Origin: Nitrospirales bacterium
GTDB taxonomy: Bacteria > Nitrospirota > Nitrospiria > Nitrospirales > UBA8639
Reading direction: 5' to 3'
DNA length: 64,000 bases
Assembly (NCBI GenBank): GCA_965203295.1
Contig: CBDBCZ010000018.1
Coordinates: 2,432,001-2,496,000, forward strand
How positions within the stretch are numbered: the first letter of the stretch is position 1; each line of letters begins with the position of its first letter. The notes under the pieces are model-generated. The model saw only the letters and a list, made by a program, of their open reading frames with translations. It made no database searches and was not told the origin of the DNA. Below, one piece after another: positions 36,975 to 51,409 of this stretch. Made by a program: the position numbers and the translations under genes.

Positions 36975-39900
36975 ACACAAATATACATAGGTTTATTCAG
37001 GCCTACACAAGTATACACGACTGTATTAAATATACACGTGTATACACAAGTATAACGTGGTAGACAACCATACCACAGGTAAACAAGTATTCGCTGGTAC
37101 ACACAGCTATACACAGGTATACACACGAATAGACAGGTATACAGAAGTTTACAAATAGGTATACACAACTATACACGCGTAAAACCAAGTATACACAAGC
37201 GTGTGTATAAACAGGTACAGTCTCATAAACAGATATAAACAAGTATACGTACGTATTTACATGTGTACACAGGTACACGTAGGTACAAATAGGCTATAAA
37301 CGGGTATCTACATGTGTATAAACGTTTAAACAGGTATGCACAAGTATACGCGGGTATAAAAACCCATATGAACACACAAGAATACACAAGGATATACACG
37401 CGTATACTCATGTAAACACTGGTATATACAATTATACACAGGCATAAAAAGGTACAAATGGGTATCTACATTTTGTAAACACAGGTATACTCAAGTATAC
37501 AAGGGTATACACATAAGCTCTCGCTTCCACAAGTATACACAGGTATACAGTATATACATTTATATACCAGAATAATCACAGGTATTCCGAAGTATACGTG
37601 GGTTTACACACGTACGCAAATGTATAAAAAGGTATACACTATATGAACCAGTATAAAAATATATACAAGGGTATCTACATTACTTGTCCGTTGTTAACAT
37701 ACTTTTATCCCCAGATAGGAGCTGTTATCCTGATTCTTTGGATGCTAGTGTTCCAAATTAATGACACACTCATCATTGAGTGTATGACCCTTCAGGTGAT
37801 GCCAGCGAGTCATGAAAATGGTCCAGTCATGAACTACCATCCCCTAAAAGAATAAAAGAGAAGGCAGTATACACAAGTACACTTTATAAAGCCGTATTTA
37901 ATAGTGAATTTTACCTGTGTATAATTGTTTACCCGTGTATACTTTTGTATTCCCGTGTATACATCTGTATTCCTGTGTATGCTTGTATATACCTGTGTAT
38001 ATACTTAATTAGCTGTTTTTACTTGTGTACTTGTGTATACTGCCTTCTCTTTTATACAAGCATACACAAGTAAAAACAGCTAATTAAGTATATACACAGG
38101 TATACACAAGCATACACAGGAATACAGATGTATACACGGGAATACAAAAGTATACACGGGTAAACAATTATACACAGGTAAAATTCACTATTAAATACGG
38201 CTTTATAAAGTATACACAATTATACAAGTTTATACTCAAGTATACACAGTTATGCATACACCAACAAACAAATATAGGCAAGTATACACAGGTATACCTA
38301 CATCAGCAAACACGGGGTATACACAAATATGCACAAGTATACACAGGTTAACAGAAATATACATGGGTATATACGAGCATACAAGAGTATACACAATTAT
38401 ATGCTGAAATACACAAGTATGCACAGGTGTACAAAGGATCATACATGTTTAAACCAGGTACACACAAGTATACTCAAGTTTACACGGGTATACACAAGTA
38501 TACACAAGTTTACACACGTTTACACGTCTATATACATGTATGCACAGGTATACACAAGTATACACAAGTATACACGCATTTACACGTGTTTAAACAAGTA
38601 AACACAAGTGCACACATGTATACACAGGTATACCGAAGTATATAAAGCCATAGGGAGGTATTCACGGATATCTACATTTGTATACTCGAGTAAACACAGG
38701 CATACACAAGTAAATGCGGAGAATAGACAATATGCACATGTATACACAGGCACACACAAGTATACACAAGTATAAAGATGTATACAGGGGTATCTAAATT
38801 TGTATGCACCAGTTAAAGGTATACACAAGTATACATGGGTATACGCACGAATACAGACGTATACACAGGTATGTACAATTACACACAGGTATAAACAGGT
38901 ATATACGGGTATCTACATTTGTATACACAAGTAAACACAGGTATACACAAGTATACACAATTATAAAGAGGTATACTCGGGTATCTACATTTGTATACAA
39001 AAGTATACATATGCATACACAAGTATACCGTGGTTGACACAACCATACACAGGTAAACAAGTATTCACTTGTATACACGGCTATACACAAGTGTACACAA
39101 GAATAGACAGGTACCATGATTGGAATACATATAACTGCACGAAGAGTACAAACCATACACCATAGAAATTCATGGTACAGCTGACTTGTACCATAATACA
39201 ATTACAAACGCTGTTATGACAAGCACTAATGAGAATCATTTGTTGCCTGGCAACCATATACCCTTGGGTATATTGACATTTCAAATGAGCCACTAGGGTG
39301 TATGGCTGATATACCCTGGGCGGTGCCTTTTATGTAGAGGTGCATTATGGTACAAATAAATAGACACAACACACGAGTAAAACCAAGTATACACAAGCGT
39401 AAGTGGGTATAAACAGGTACAGTCACATAAACAGGTATACACAAGTATATGTGCATATTTAAATGAATACACAGGTATACGCAGGTACACACAGGCTTAC
39501 ACGTGTATCTACATGTGTATAAAAGTTTAAACATGTATGCACAAGTATACGCGGGTATAAACACATCCACATGAACACACAAGAATACACAAGGATATAC
39601 ACGCGTATACACATGTAAACACTGGTATATACAATTATACACAGGTATAAAAGGTACACATGGGTATCTACATTTTGTTTACACGAGTAAACAAGCATAC
39701 ACAAGTATATGCAGGTATGCAACCGTATGCAAATGTATACACAGGTATACAAAAACATATACGGTATTAACAGTTTTATACACTAATAAATACTGTTATA
39801 CATAAGTAAAAACAGATATACACACATGTGCGCATGTATAAAAGGCATACACAAGTATACAAAGGTATAAAGAGGCATAAATGGGTATTTACATTTGTAT

Positions 39901-42900
39901 ACACTAGTAAACACAGGTATTCTCAAGTACACTAGGGTATACACACAGATGCTCTCGCATACACAAGTATACACAGGTATACAGTATATACACTTATACA
40001 CCAGAGTAATTAGAGGTATTCCGAAGTATACGTGGGTTTACACACGTATGCAAATGTATAAACAGGTATACACTATATTAACCGGTATATAGATATATAC
40101 AAGGGTATCTACATTACCTATCCGTTGTTAACATACCCAGATATGAGCTGTTATCCTGATTCTTTGGATGCTAGTGTTCCAATTTCATGACACACTCATC
40201 ATTGAGTGTATGGCCCTTCAGGTAATGCCAGCGAGTCAAAAATGGGCCAGTCATGAACTACCATCTCCTGAAAGAATAAAAGAGAAGGCAGTATACACAA
40301 GTACAGGTGTTTATATAAGCATACACAAGTAAAAACGACTAATTAAGTATATACACGGGTATACACAAGCATACACAGGAATACAGATGTATACACGGGA
40401 ATACAAAAGTATACACGGGTAAACAATTATACACAGGTAAAATTCACCATTAAACACGGCTGTACACAAGTATAAACTATTATACATGTTTATACACAAG
40501 TATACACAGTTATGCATACACCAACAAATATAGACAAGTATAGACAGGTATACCTACATCAGCAAACACGGAGTATACACAAATATGCACAAGTATACAC
40601 AGGTTAACAGCAGTATACATGGGTTTATACGAGCATACACGAGTATACACAATTATATGCTGAAATATACAAGTATGCACAGGTGTACAAAGGCTCATAC
40701 ATGTTTAAACCAGGCATACGCAAGTATACTCAAGATTACACGTGTATACACAAGTATACACAAGTTTACACACGTTTACACGTCTATACACATGTATGTA
40801 CAGGTATACACAAGTATACACAAGTATACACGCGTTTACACGTGTTTAAACAAGTAAACACAAGTGCACACATGTATACACAGGTATACGGAAGTATATA
40901 AAGCCATAAAGAGGTATTCACGGATATCTACATTTGTATACTCGAGTAAACACAGGCATACACAATTATATGCGGGGAATGGACAATATGCACATGTATA
41001 CACAGGCACACACAAGTATACACAAGTATAAAGATGTATACATGGGTATCTATATTTGTATGCACCAGTTAACAGGTATACACAAGTATACGTGGGTATA
41101 CGCACGAGTACAGATGTATACACAGGTATCTACAATTACACACTGGTATCTACATTTATATACACAAGTAAATACAGGTATACACAAGTATACACAAGTA
41201 TAAAGAGGTATACTCGGGTATCTACATTTGTATACAAAAGTATACATGTGTATACACAAGTATATCGTGGTAGACACAACCATACACAGGTAAACAAGTA
41301 GTTATGACAAGCGCTAATGAGAATCATTAATTGCCTGGCAACCATATACCCTAGGGTATATTGACATTTCAAATGAGCCGCTAGGGTGTATGGCTGATAT
41401 ACCCTGGGCGGTGCCTTTCATGTAGAGGTGCATTATGGTACAAATAGGTAGACACAACAATACACGAGTAAAACCAAGTATACACAAGCGTAAGTGGGTA
41501 TAAACAGGTACAGTCTCATAAACAGGTATACACAAGTATATGTGCGTATTTACATGAATACACAGGTATACGCAGGTACACACAGGCTTACACGTGTATC
41601 TACATTCGTATAAAAGTTTAAACAGGTATGCATAAGTATGCGCGGGTATAAACACATCCACATGACCACATAAGAATACACAAGGATATACACGTATATA
41701 CACATGTATACACTGGTATATAAAAGTATACACAGGCATAAAAAGGGTACACATGGGTATCTACATTTTGTTTACAAGAGTAAACAGGCATACACAAGTA
41801 TACACGGGTATGCACACGTATGCAAATGTATACACAGCTATACAAAAACACACGGTATTTACATTTGTATACACTAAAAAACACAGGTATAATCAAGTAT
41901 ACAAGGGTATACACACATATGCTCTCGTATACACAAGTATACACTGGTATACAGTATATACATTTATATACCAGAGTAATCACAGGTATTCCGAAGTATA
42001 CGTGGGTTTACACCCGTATGCAAATGTATAAACAGGTATACACTATATTAACCGGTATAAAGATATATACAAGGGTATGTACATTACCTATCCTTTGTTA
42101 ACATACTTTTATCCCCAGATATGTCTGTTATCCTGATACTTTGGATGCTAGTGTTCCAAATTCATGACACACTCATCACTGAGTCTATGGCCCTTGTGGT
42201 GATGCCAGCGAGCCATAAAAATGGGCCAGTCATGAACTACCATCTCCTGGAAGAATAAAAGAGAAGGCAGTATACACAAATACACGTGTTTACACAAGCA
42301 TACACAAGTAAAAACGACTAATAAAATATATACACGGGTATACACAAGCATACACAGGAATACAGATGTATACACGAGAATACAAAAGTATATACGGGTA
42401 AACAACTATACACAGTTAAAATTCACCATTAAACACGGCTTTATACAAGTATACACAATTATACATGTGTATACACAAGTATACACAGTTATGCATACAC
42501 CAACAAACAAGGGTATACACAAATATAGACAAGTATACACAGGTATGCCTACATCAGCCAACACGGGTATACACAAATATGCACAAGTATACACAGGTTA
42601 AAAGAAGTATACATGGGTATATACGAGCATATACGAGTATACACAATTATATGCTGAAATACACAAGTATGTACAGGTATACAAAGGCTCATACAGGTTT
42701 AAACCAGGTACACACAAGTATACATAAGATTACTCGGGTATAACACAAGTATACACAAGTTTACACAAGTTTACACGTCTATACACATGTATGCACAGGT
42801 ATACACAAGTATACACAAGTATACACAAGAATACACAAGTTTACACGTGTTTACACTTGTAAACACAAGTACACACATGTATACACAGATATACGGAAGT

Positions 42901-45900
42901 ATACAAAGGCATAAACAGGTATTCTTGGATATCTACACTTGTATTCTCGAGTAAACACAGGCATACACAAGTATACGCAGGTATACACAATATGCACCTG
43001 TATACACAGGTACAAACAAGTATACGCAAGTATAAAGAGGTACACACGGGTACCTAAATTTGTATACACGAGTTAACACAAGTATACGTGGGTATACGCA
43101 CGAGTGCAGATGTATACACAGGTATGCACAAGTACACACAGGTATAAATAGGGTATATACGGGTATTTACATTTGTATACACAAGTAAATACAGGTATAC
43201 ACAAGTATACACAAGTATAAAAAGGTATACTCAGGTATCTACATTTGTATACAAAAGCATACACGTGTATACACAAGTATACCGTGGTAGACACAACCAT
43301 ACACAGGTAAATAAGCATTTACTGGCATACACGGCTATACACAAGTGTACACAAGAATAGACAGGTATACAGAGGTATAAAAATAGGTATGCACATCTAT
43401 ACACGAGTAAAACCGGGTATACATAAGCGTAAGTGTGTATAAACAGGTACAGTCTCATAAACAGGTATACACAAGTATACGTGCGTATTTATATGTATAC
43501 ACAGGTATACGCAGGTACAGACAGGCTTACACAGGTATCTACATGTGTATAAAAGTTTAAACAGGTATGCACAAGTATACGCGAGTATAAACACACATCC
43601 ACATGAACACACAAGAATACACAAGGATATACACGTATATACTCATGTATACACTGGTATATACAAGTAACACAGACATAAAAAAAGTAAACATGTGTAT
43701 CTACATTTTTTATACACGAGTAAACAGGCAAACACAAGTATATGCGGGTATGCACATGTATGCACATGTATACACAGGTATACAAAAACATACACGGTAT
43801 TTACAGTTTTATACACTAGTAAACACAGGTATACACAAGTAAAAACAGGTATACATACGTGTGCACATGTATACAAGGCATACACAAGTATACAAAGGTG
43901 TAAAGAGGCATAAATGGGTATTTACATTTGTATACACTAGTATACTCAAGTATACACGGGTATACACATGTATGCACTCGTATACACAAGTATACACTGG
44001 TATACAGTATATACATTTATATACCAGAGTAATCGCAGGTATTCTGAAGTATACGTGGGTTTACACACGTATGCAAATGTATAAACAGGTATACACTCAA
44101 TGAATCGGTATATAGATATATACAAGGGTATCTACATTACCTATCCTCTGTTAACATACTTTTATCCCCAGATATGAGCTGTTATCCTGATACTTTGGAT
44201 GCTAGTGTTCCAAATTCATAACACACACATCACTGAGTGTATGGCCCTTCTGGTGATGCCAGCGAGCCATAAAAATGGGCCAGTCATGAACTACCATCTC
44301 CTGAAAGAATAAAAGAGAAGGCAGTATACACAAGTACACGTGTTTACACAAGCATACACAAGTAAAAACGACTAATTAAGTATATACACGGGTATACACA
44401 AGCATACACAGAAATACAGGTGTATACACGAGAATACAAAAGTATACACGGGTAAACAACTATACACAGGTAAAATTCACCATTAAACACGGCTATACAC
44501 AAGTATACACAATTATACATGTGTATATACAAGTATACACAGTTATGCATACACCAATAAACAAGGGTATACACAAATATAGACAAGTATACACAGGTAT
44601 GCCTACATCAGCAAACAAGGGTATACACAAATATACACAAGTATACACAGGCTAACAGAAGTACACATGGGTATACGAGAATACACGAGTATACACAATT
44701 ATACGCTGAAATACACAAGCATGCACAGGTATACAAAGGCTCATACAGGTATAAACCAGCTATACACAAGTATACACAAGATTACACGGGTATACACAAG
44801 TATACACAAGTTTACACACGTTTACACGTCTATACACATGTATGCACAGGTAGACACAAGTATGCACAAGTATACACGTGTTTACACGTGTTTACACAAG
44901 TAAACTCAAGTACATACATGTATGCACAGGTATACAGAAGTATACAAAGGCATAAAGAGGTATTCACGGATATCTACATTTGTATACTCGAGTAAACACA
45001 GGCATACACAAGTATATGCGGGGAATACACAATATGCACATGTATACACAGGCACAAACAAATATACACAAGTATAAAGATGTATGCATGGGTATCTACA
45101 TTTGTATACACAATTAAACACAGGCATGCACAAGTATACGCGGTTATACACACGTATACACATGTATACACAGGTATACACATGCATACTCAGGTATAAA
45201 GCAGTATACACTGGTACCAACATTTGTATTCTCTAGTAAACACAGGTATATCCCAGTATACGCAGGTATACACACGTATGCACATGTATACACAGGTATA
45301 CACAAGTTTACACAGGTAAAAAATGGTATACACGGGTATTTACGTTTGTATACATGAGTAAACACAGGTGTGCACAAGTATACACGGGTATACACACGTA
45401 TTCACATGTATACACAGGTTTATAGAAGTAAACACAGGTATACACGGGTATCTACATTCATATTCATGAGTAAAAACTCGTATACGCAAATATACATGGG
45501 CAACACACGTGTGCAGATGTATACACAAGTATACACAAGTATACAAGTATACAGGTTTAAAGAGGTATACACGGGTATCTACGCTGGTAAACACGAGTAA
45601 ACACAGGTATACACAAGGAAACGTGGGTATACAGACGTATATACATGTATACACAGGTATACACAAGTATACACAGGTATAAAGAGGGTATATACGGGTA
45701 TCTACAATTGTATACACAAGTATACATGGGTATACACACGTACGCACTTGTATACATAGGTATATACAAGTATACAGAGGTATAAGAAGGTATACACGGG
45801 TATCTACACTTGTATACACGAGTAAACACCGGTACACACAAGTAAACGTGAGTATACACATGCATGAACATGTATAAACAGGTATACATAAGCAAACCGG

Positions 45901-46460
45901 GATACACGGGTATCTTCATTTGTATACATGAGTAAACACTGGTATACACAAGCATACGCGGGCATACACACGTGTGCCAATGTATACACGGGTATACACA
46001 AGTATACAAGTACACTGGTTTAAAAAGATACACACGGCATCTACATTTGTAAACATGAGTAAACACAGGTATACACAAGGAAATGTGGGTATACAGACAT
46101 ATGCACACGTAAACACAGGTATACACAAGTATACACAGGTATAAGGAAGTATACACAGGTATATACATTTGTATACACGAGTAAATACAGGTACACACAA
46201 GTACACGTAGGTATACACACGTATGAACATGTATACCCAAGCATACACAAGTACACACAGGTATAAAGAGATATACATAGGTATCTACATTTGTGTACGC
46301 GAGTAAACACAGGTACGCACAAGTATATGCGGGTATACACACGTATGCACAAGTAAACACAGGTATACACAAGTATACGCAGGCATACACACGTATGCAC
46401 ATGTATACACAGGTATACACAAGTATACATATATACACAGGTATAAAGAGGTATACACGG
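36975..46460 (-). repeat. GTATAC-based satellite array (CA-rich strand) with higher-order repeat
   Basis: Reverse-complement unique blocks at ~37690-37850, 40120-40270, 42090-42250, 44140-44300; terminal variant at ~36800-36950. Confidence 0.95.
39111..39358. mobile_element. MITE-like insertion present only in right-arm satellite; partial second copy at 41301-41446
   Basis: Non-satellite sequence with inverted ends ttgtaccataat...attatggtacaa; absent from the equivalent left-arm units and from the unit at ~43360. Confidence 0.7.
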
Positions 46461-48540
46461 TAGTATCCCACTGCGTGGGCGGTTCAAAAGTGTCGCATGC
46501 ACATGTATACTACAAACCCAAGCTGTCTAGGGTTTATCTAGATAAACCACATGCCATGCAAGTGCAAAAGTTCACAAGATATAAACACTCAATTAAATCA
46601 AGCATCTTGTACAAGGTGGTCAACCTCTCCACAATCCTCATACATAGATGAAGGAAAGGATGAAGGGGTGTTTACAACATTTGTAACTAGGTTACCCTGT
46701 GGGCAAATATTGATTGTTCCACCAATAGATGCCAAAAACAAGCTGTGAAGGTTGAAATTTGGTGGTACACATACATGCGATGATACATGGGTTTGTGACT
46801 TAACTGATGACTAATGAACTTTTGATAATGGCCTAGACTGAGCAGGTACAAGACTATCATGGTATGACTACTCTGCAGGCAAACGAGCATGTATGAAATA
46901 GCCTATTGCTGTTGTTCACTGGTACGTTCATATTTTCTGAGGGCTTCCAGTGATCTATGCCCTGTTCTCTGCTGTATTTCCCTTTCTGGAACCTCCCCAG
47001 TGTACAATGCAGTAGCTCCAGTTACTCGTAGCAAGTGGTTTGTTTTACGCTCCTGCCCACCAGCTCCTTCAAACATTGCTGCAACCATACCATTCAACTT
47101 GTGTTTTCCAACTGGCTAACAATTATATCATGATGGTGCTGGATCATCAGGAACCTGATTCTTTGGTTGCATATACAGAATATCTTTTTCAAGCGCAATT
47201 GGCGGTAATTATTAAGGTAGAAATAAAGAAGGTAAACCAAGCACCGCTCCCCATCAGCTGGTGAAGCATAAACATGGACAACTTTATTCTCAGCGTCTAG
47301 CTGCTTCAAACCACCAGTTTGATTGTTGCTTCCTGTTTCCACGTAGACGTACCAATCGGGGTTGCTCTTACGAATCAACTGGCTAGGCTTTAATTCGCGC
47401 TGGTCTTCACCTCCCCGTAAACAAAACACCTTCCCGACAGAAAAAAAAACACAGCTCTTTGCAACATCAGTGGATTTGAAGTGCCGAGTATCTTTTTATC
47501 CCAAAGCATGTTTTCTTCTTCCTCGGAAGTAGAAGCAGTTTTGTTAGGGCTAATCAGCTCCAACACCCTTCTCTCACAGCTGCCTGAACACAGACTCACA
47601 TGTGCTGTGAAGCTCGCTAAAGCAGCCATCCTTGCCCTCGAGAAAGTTCGGGGTAAATGGGTCTTGCTGCTTCATGTAACGCAAAATACCACACAAAAGC
47701 TGATAAATGCTCTTCGGTGGATACAAAGAACAGTCAGCCTTTCTGACCTCACTTACAAAAAGGATAACCTGTGTAAAAGTGTACCAATATCACAGGGTGT
47801 TTGAAGTAGTTTATCGAGAACGAGATTTCTCCGAACACATCTAGCCACTTGCCACTGCTCGCATGGCCCACTGCGTGATCTTCTCTGTGTACTGAGGTAC
47901 ATATCCCTTTGATTAATTGGTAAGCTTTTCCACATATTGTATCGCCAAAACGATTTTTGACTTCCTCTTGCCCTTCACTTTCTATAAGCAACAAGCTCAC
48001 TTTGCCACGTAGCTTCACAGAACCCTCGCTTGTGTGCTGATTCTCTTTCTCAGCTAACTTGGGTTGCTTCTTTGGGGGTAAAAAGTCGGCCATATAATCA
48101 CGATCGATCATCACACTCGGGCCACTGACTGTAGCAGCACGCATTGGCGTGTAATCTGGAGCCTTATCACCAAAATTCTTGCAACAACAAGTCTAAACCG
48201 AGACAAAATTCGCTAGGTATAGCCCACGACATAGTTAGCTACAGTTTGCTAATAGCAATTCAAACTGGCAGGCAACCAAATCGCATTCGTGTTGCATTGA
48301 ATACGCATAGCAAACTTGACGTCATACTTATTGTATAGGATTGCTGCATAGATAAACTAAGAAACTGTGACGACTTGTGCATCCGGTTGCTAGGCTACCT
48401 ATGGGATACAAACCATTTAGACTGCCACAAACATGGGTTTATGGTTAAACACTCGGTCAGTACTGATAACCTTCCTCGGTGAATACTGACCTCGTGTATT
48501 TGCCATAAACCCTTGAAGTGGAAGTCTAAGTAATATGTAC
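46461..48540 (-). mobile_element. Crypton-type tyrosine-recombinase relic, right (mirror) copy
   Basis: ORF fragments 47749-48144, 47390-47629, 47094-47429 and 46903-47097 (RKTNHLLRVTGATALY..TGHRSLEALRKYERTS). Confidence 0.9.
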
Positions 48541-48544
48541 TTGC

Positions 48545-49230
48545 ATTTTGTATACACGAGTAAACACAGCTATGCACAAGTATACACTGGTATACACATG
48601 TATGCACATGTATACATAGGTATACACAAGTAAACACAGGTATACACGGTATCTACATTTGTATACACGAGTAAACACCGGTATACATAAGAATACGTTG
48701 GTATAAACACATATGCAGATGTATACACAGGTACTATGCACGAGTAAACACAGTTAAACACAAGTATACACGGGTATCGACACGTATGCATCATGTATAC
48801 ACGTGGTATACACAATTATAAAGAAGTATACACAAGTATACACAAGTATACACAAGTTTATATGGGTATACACATGTATACACAGGAGTATACACAGGTA
48901 AACACGGGTATACACAAGTATACACGGGTATACACAAGTATACATAGTATACGGACAAACACGGGTATACACAAGAATACACAGGTATACAGGTATACCC
49001 GGGCATGCACGGGCATAAACGGGTAAACATAAAACTACACAATTATATACAGGTATACTGTGGTATACACGAGTATACACAGGTACAGACGGGTATACAC
49101 AAGCACGCACAGGTATACACAAGTATAAATGGGTACACACAGGTATACGTAGGTATACACTGGTGTACACAAGTATACACAGGTATACACGGGTATACCC
49201 TGGTATACCTCTGTACACATGTGTATATAC
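48545..49230 (-). repeat. GTATAC satellite, outer block (mirror of 9300-9985)
   Basis: Read directly; mirrored ORF 48754-49254. Confidence 0.95.
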
Positions 49231-49649
49231 TGCTTCTCTTGCTGGAAGCAGCATTCTAATTAGAGGGCTTGCACACTAGAATATTTGTATGCACGGATCT
49301 AGAAATGTATCAGACCCACCTCCATATAATCTGGCCAAAGCGCCTCCTAATAAAGACACCTCTCATCACGTACCTTCATGATCAGGCCACCTGTAGAGGG
49401 TAGAGATATTATCGTAAACTACGTATTATCCTCCCATGATGTATTATTCGCCTATCCCCCTCTTTGAGTCAAAGGTACGTCAGAGGATCTCCCGTATTCC
49501 TCACGAAGAGCACTTTTGTGGTGCCACGAGATGCTCTTCTCACTGCACCGGGTATTGCTATGCACTATGTAGCATATTCCCCAGCCACACTGGGGAACAA
49601 GGCTATTCACTACGGTCCACATACATACCCAGAGTGACTTCTTGCTGGC

Positions 49650-50670
49650 TGAAGGTCAAGCCATTCCTGGAAGTCTTCATAAGATGAGGAGGGTCTGAGA
49701 AGCAGAATAGCTGCCTATCTTCCGAGGTAAAAGGGTTTGGTACGTTGTGCACCATTTCAGATCCAGCACTATGCAACTTCATGAGCACACGATTCACAGA
49801 GTTGCCATCTAAAGTAGCTCCTAATACCTAAATAGATAAGCATAAACTGTGAACTGCTATATATATGCAAATATGCGTTAATGTACTAACCTTCAGGCCA
49901 CGACTTTCAATTCTGCCCACAGCATCCCAGAATGGAGTGTACAGCTTCTCTCCTGTCAGAGTACTGCATGGGATCTAAGGACAGGGGACCTAAAACATGT
50001 TGAACAGTCCCAACAACATGAAAACTACCACAGATATCGCCAAGGACAGTGGTTGCACACCACCACTGAGAGCCATTTCGTATGTACCCAGGTGATCATT
50101 GATGTCGCCAAGGTTGGTGAAACCAATAAGTTCACCAGTGTGTTTGTAATAAACAAGGTCTTCGCGTACATGCATCTCATCTAGAATCAGCTAAGCATAC
50201 ACTTGATGCGCTCGGGACAGCCCTTTCACCTCAGCAGCTTCAACCGGCATGTCGTTGACTTTCTCAGGACTTGCAATGGCATAAATGCATGTAGTCATGC
50301 AAGGTATATTGTGATGGGAGCTTCAACACCCCTGATTCGCATATGGACAGATAATATTAAGAAAAGACAATACTGCCAACTGTATCATTAAAGTACCCTT
50401 ACGGAACGATGATGGATGTACAAGTGCCATCTAAACACGAGAGGGTGCCAGCGCATGCCCTGGGAATCACCCCTCGATGCTGCTGCCTTTTGCTGTTGCC
50501 AAAATAGCTCCTGAGAGGAGGAAGCACTGTCACCGATTGAAGGTTTCTTGGTTGGCTGGATATCCGTGAATTATGAATTATTCTACTTCTCCGGCCATTG
50601 CCAACGTTTCCACCAACTGCGTTGGCTTCTTCAGGGCAACGAAATACACAGAAAACTATGCAAATCAAGC
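49650..50670 (-). pseudogene. P-element/THAP9-like transposase relic, right (mirror) copy
   Basis: ORFs 49990-50175 (MHVREDLVYYKHTGELIGFTNLGDINDHL) and 49603-49797 (FSDPPHLMKTSRN). Confidence 0.85.
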
Positions 50671-51409
50671 CAATTAGCTACGCTGCAAATCGAGCCCCGC
50701 CTCTTGATGGCGTCATTTTCCGGAGCGTTAGATGTGACTATAATATGGACCGGACGGCGACGGACCGGACCAACGGATCCATTGATTTAGCATGCACACG
50801 ACTATGGTCCGTGAAGTAGTCATTATACGTAAGCTATATTACGGTAGTCATTATAGGCTATTTACTATAAATAGCAATGATGCGCGTCATCATGAAAACA
50901 GAAAGGCAGGCGATGTCGTGCACAATGAGCGCTGTAAGTTATTCCAGCGGTGGGGGAGAGCGGGAATGTTTCACATGCACCCTCCCCAAATAAACCCTTG
51001 CTGTTTTGTACGGTGGCCGAGAAGGTTCACCCGCCGCGGGCACAGCAGGCATGGGCGGGTACCGCAGCCGGGGCATGGGCGGGTACCGCCGCGGGCAGGG
51101 GCGGGTACCGCCGCGGGCAAGGGCTGGTACCGCCGCGGGTATGAGCGCACGGCAGCTACGTACGGAAGGCCCTGTATTCTCTGGGGAAAGGTTGGGCTCA
51201 TTACCTGGGATTGATCTATGCTAAAGGCCCAGCCAATTCTTAATGTATAGCTGATATAAATGTAAGTCAGCAAGCCATGAATAAGTCCTGGATTCAAGGG
51301 CTAATCATGGCATCTGTGAGCTAGCATGTGGTAATTTAAAACTGGTTAGATAAGCAGCATGCAACCTCTGTTCGACGGTAATATTCAATACTGAACATGT
51401 ATATTATAG

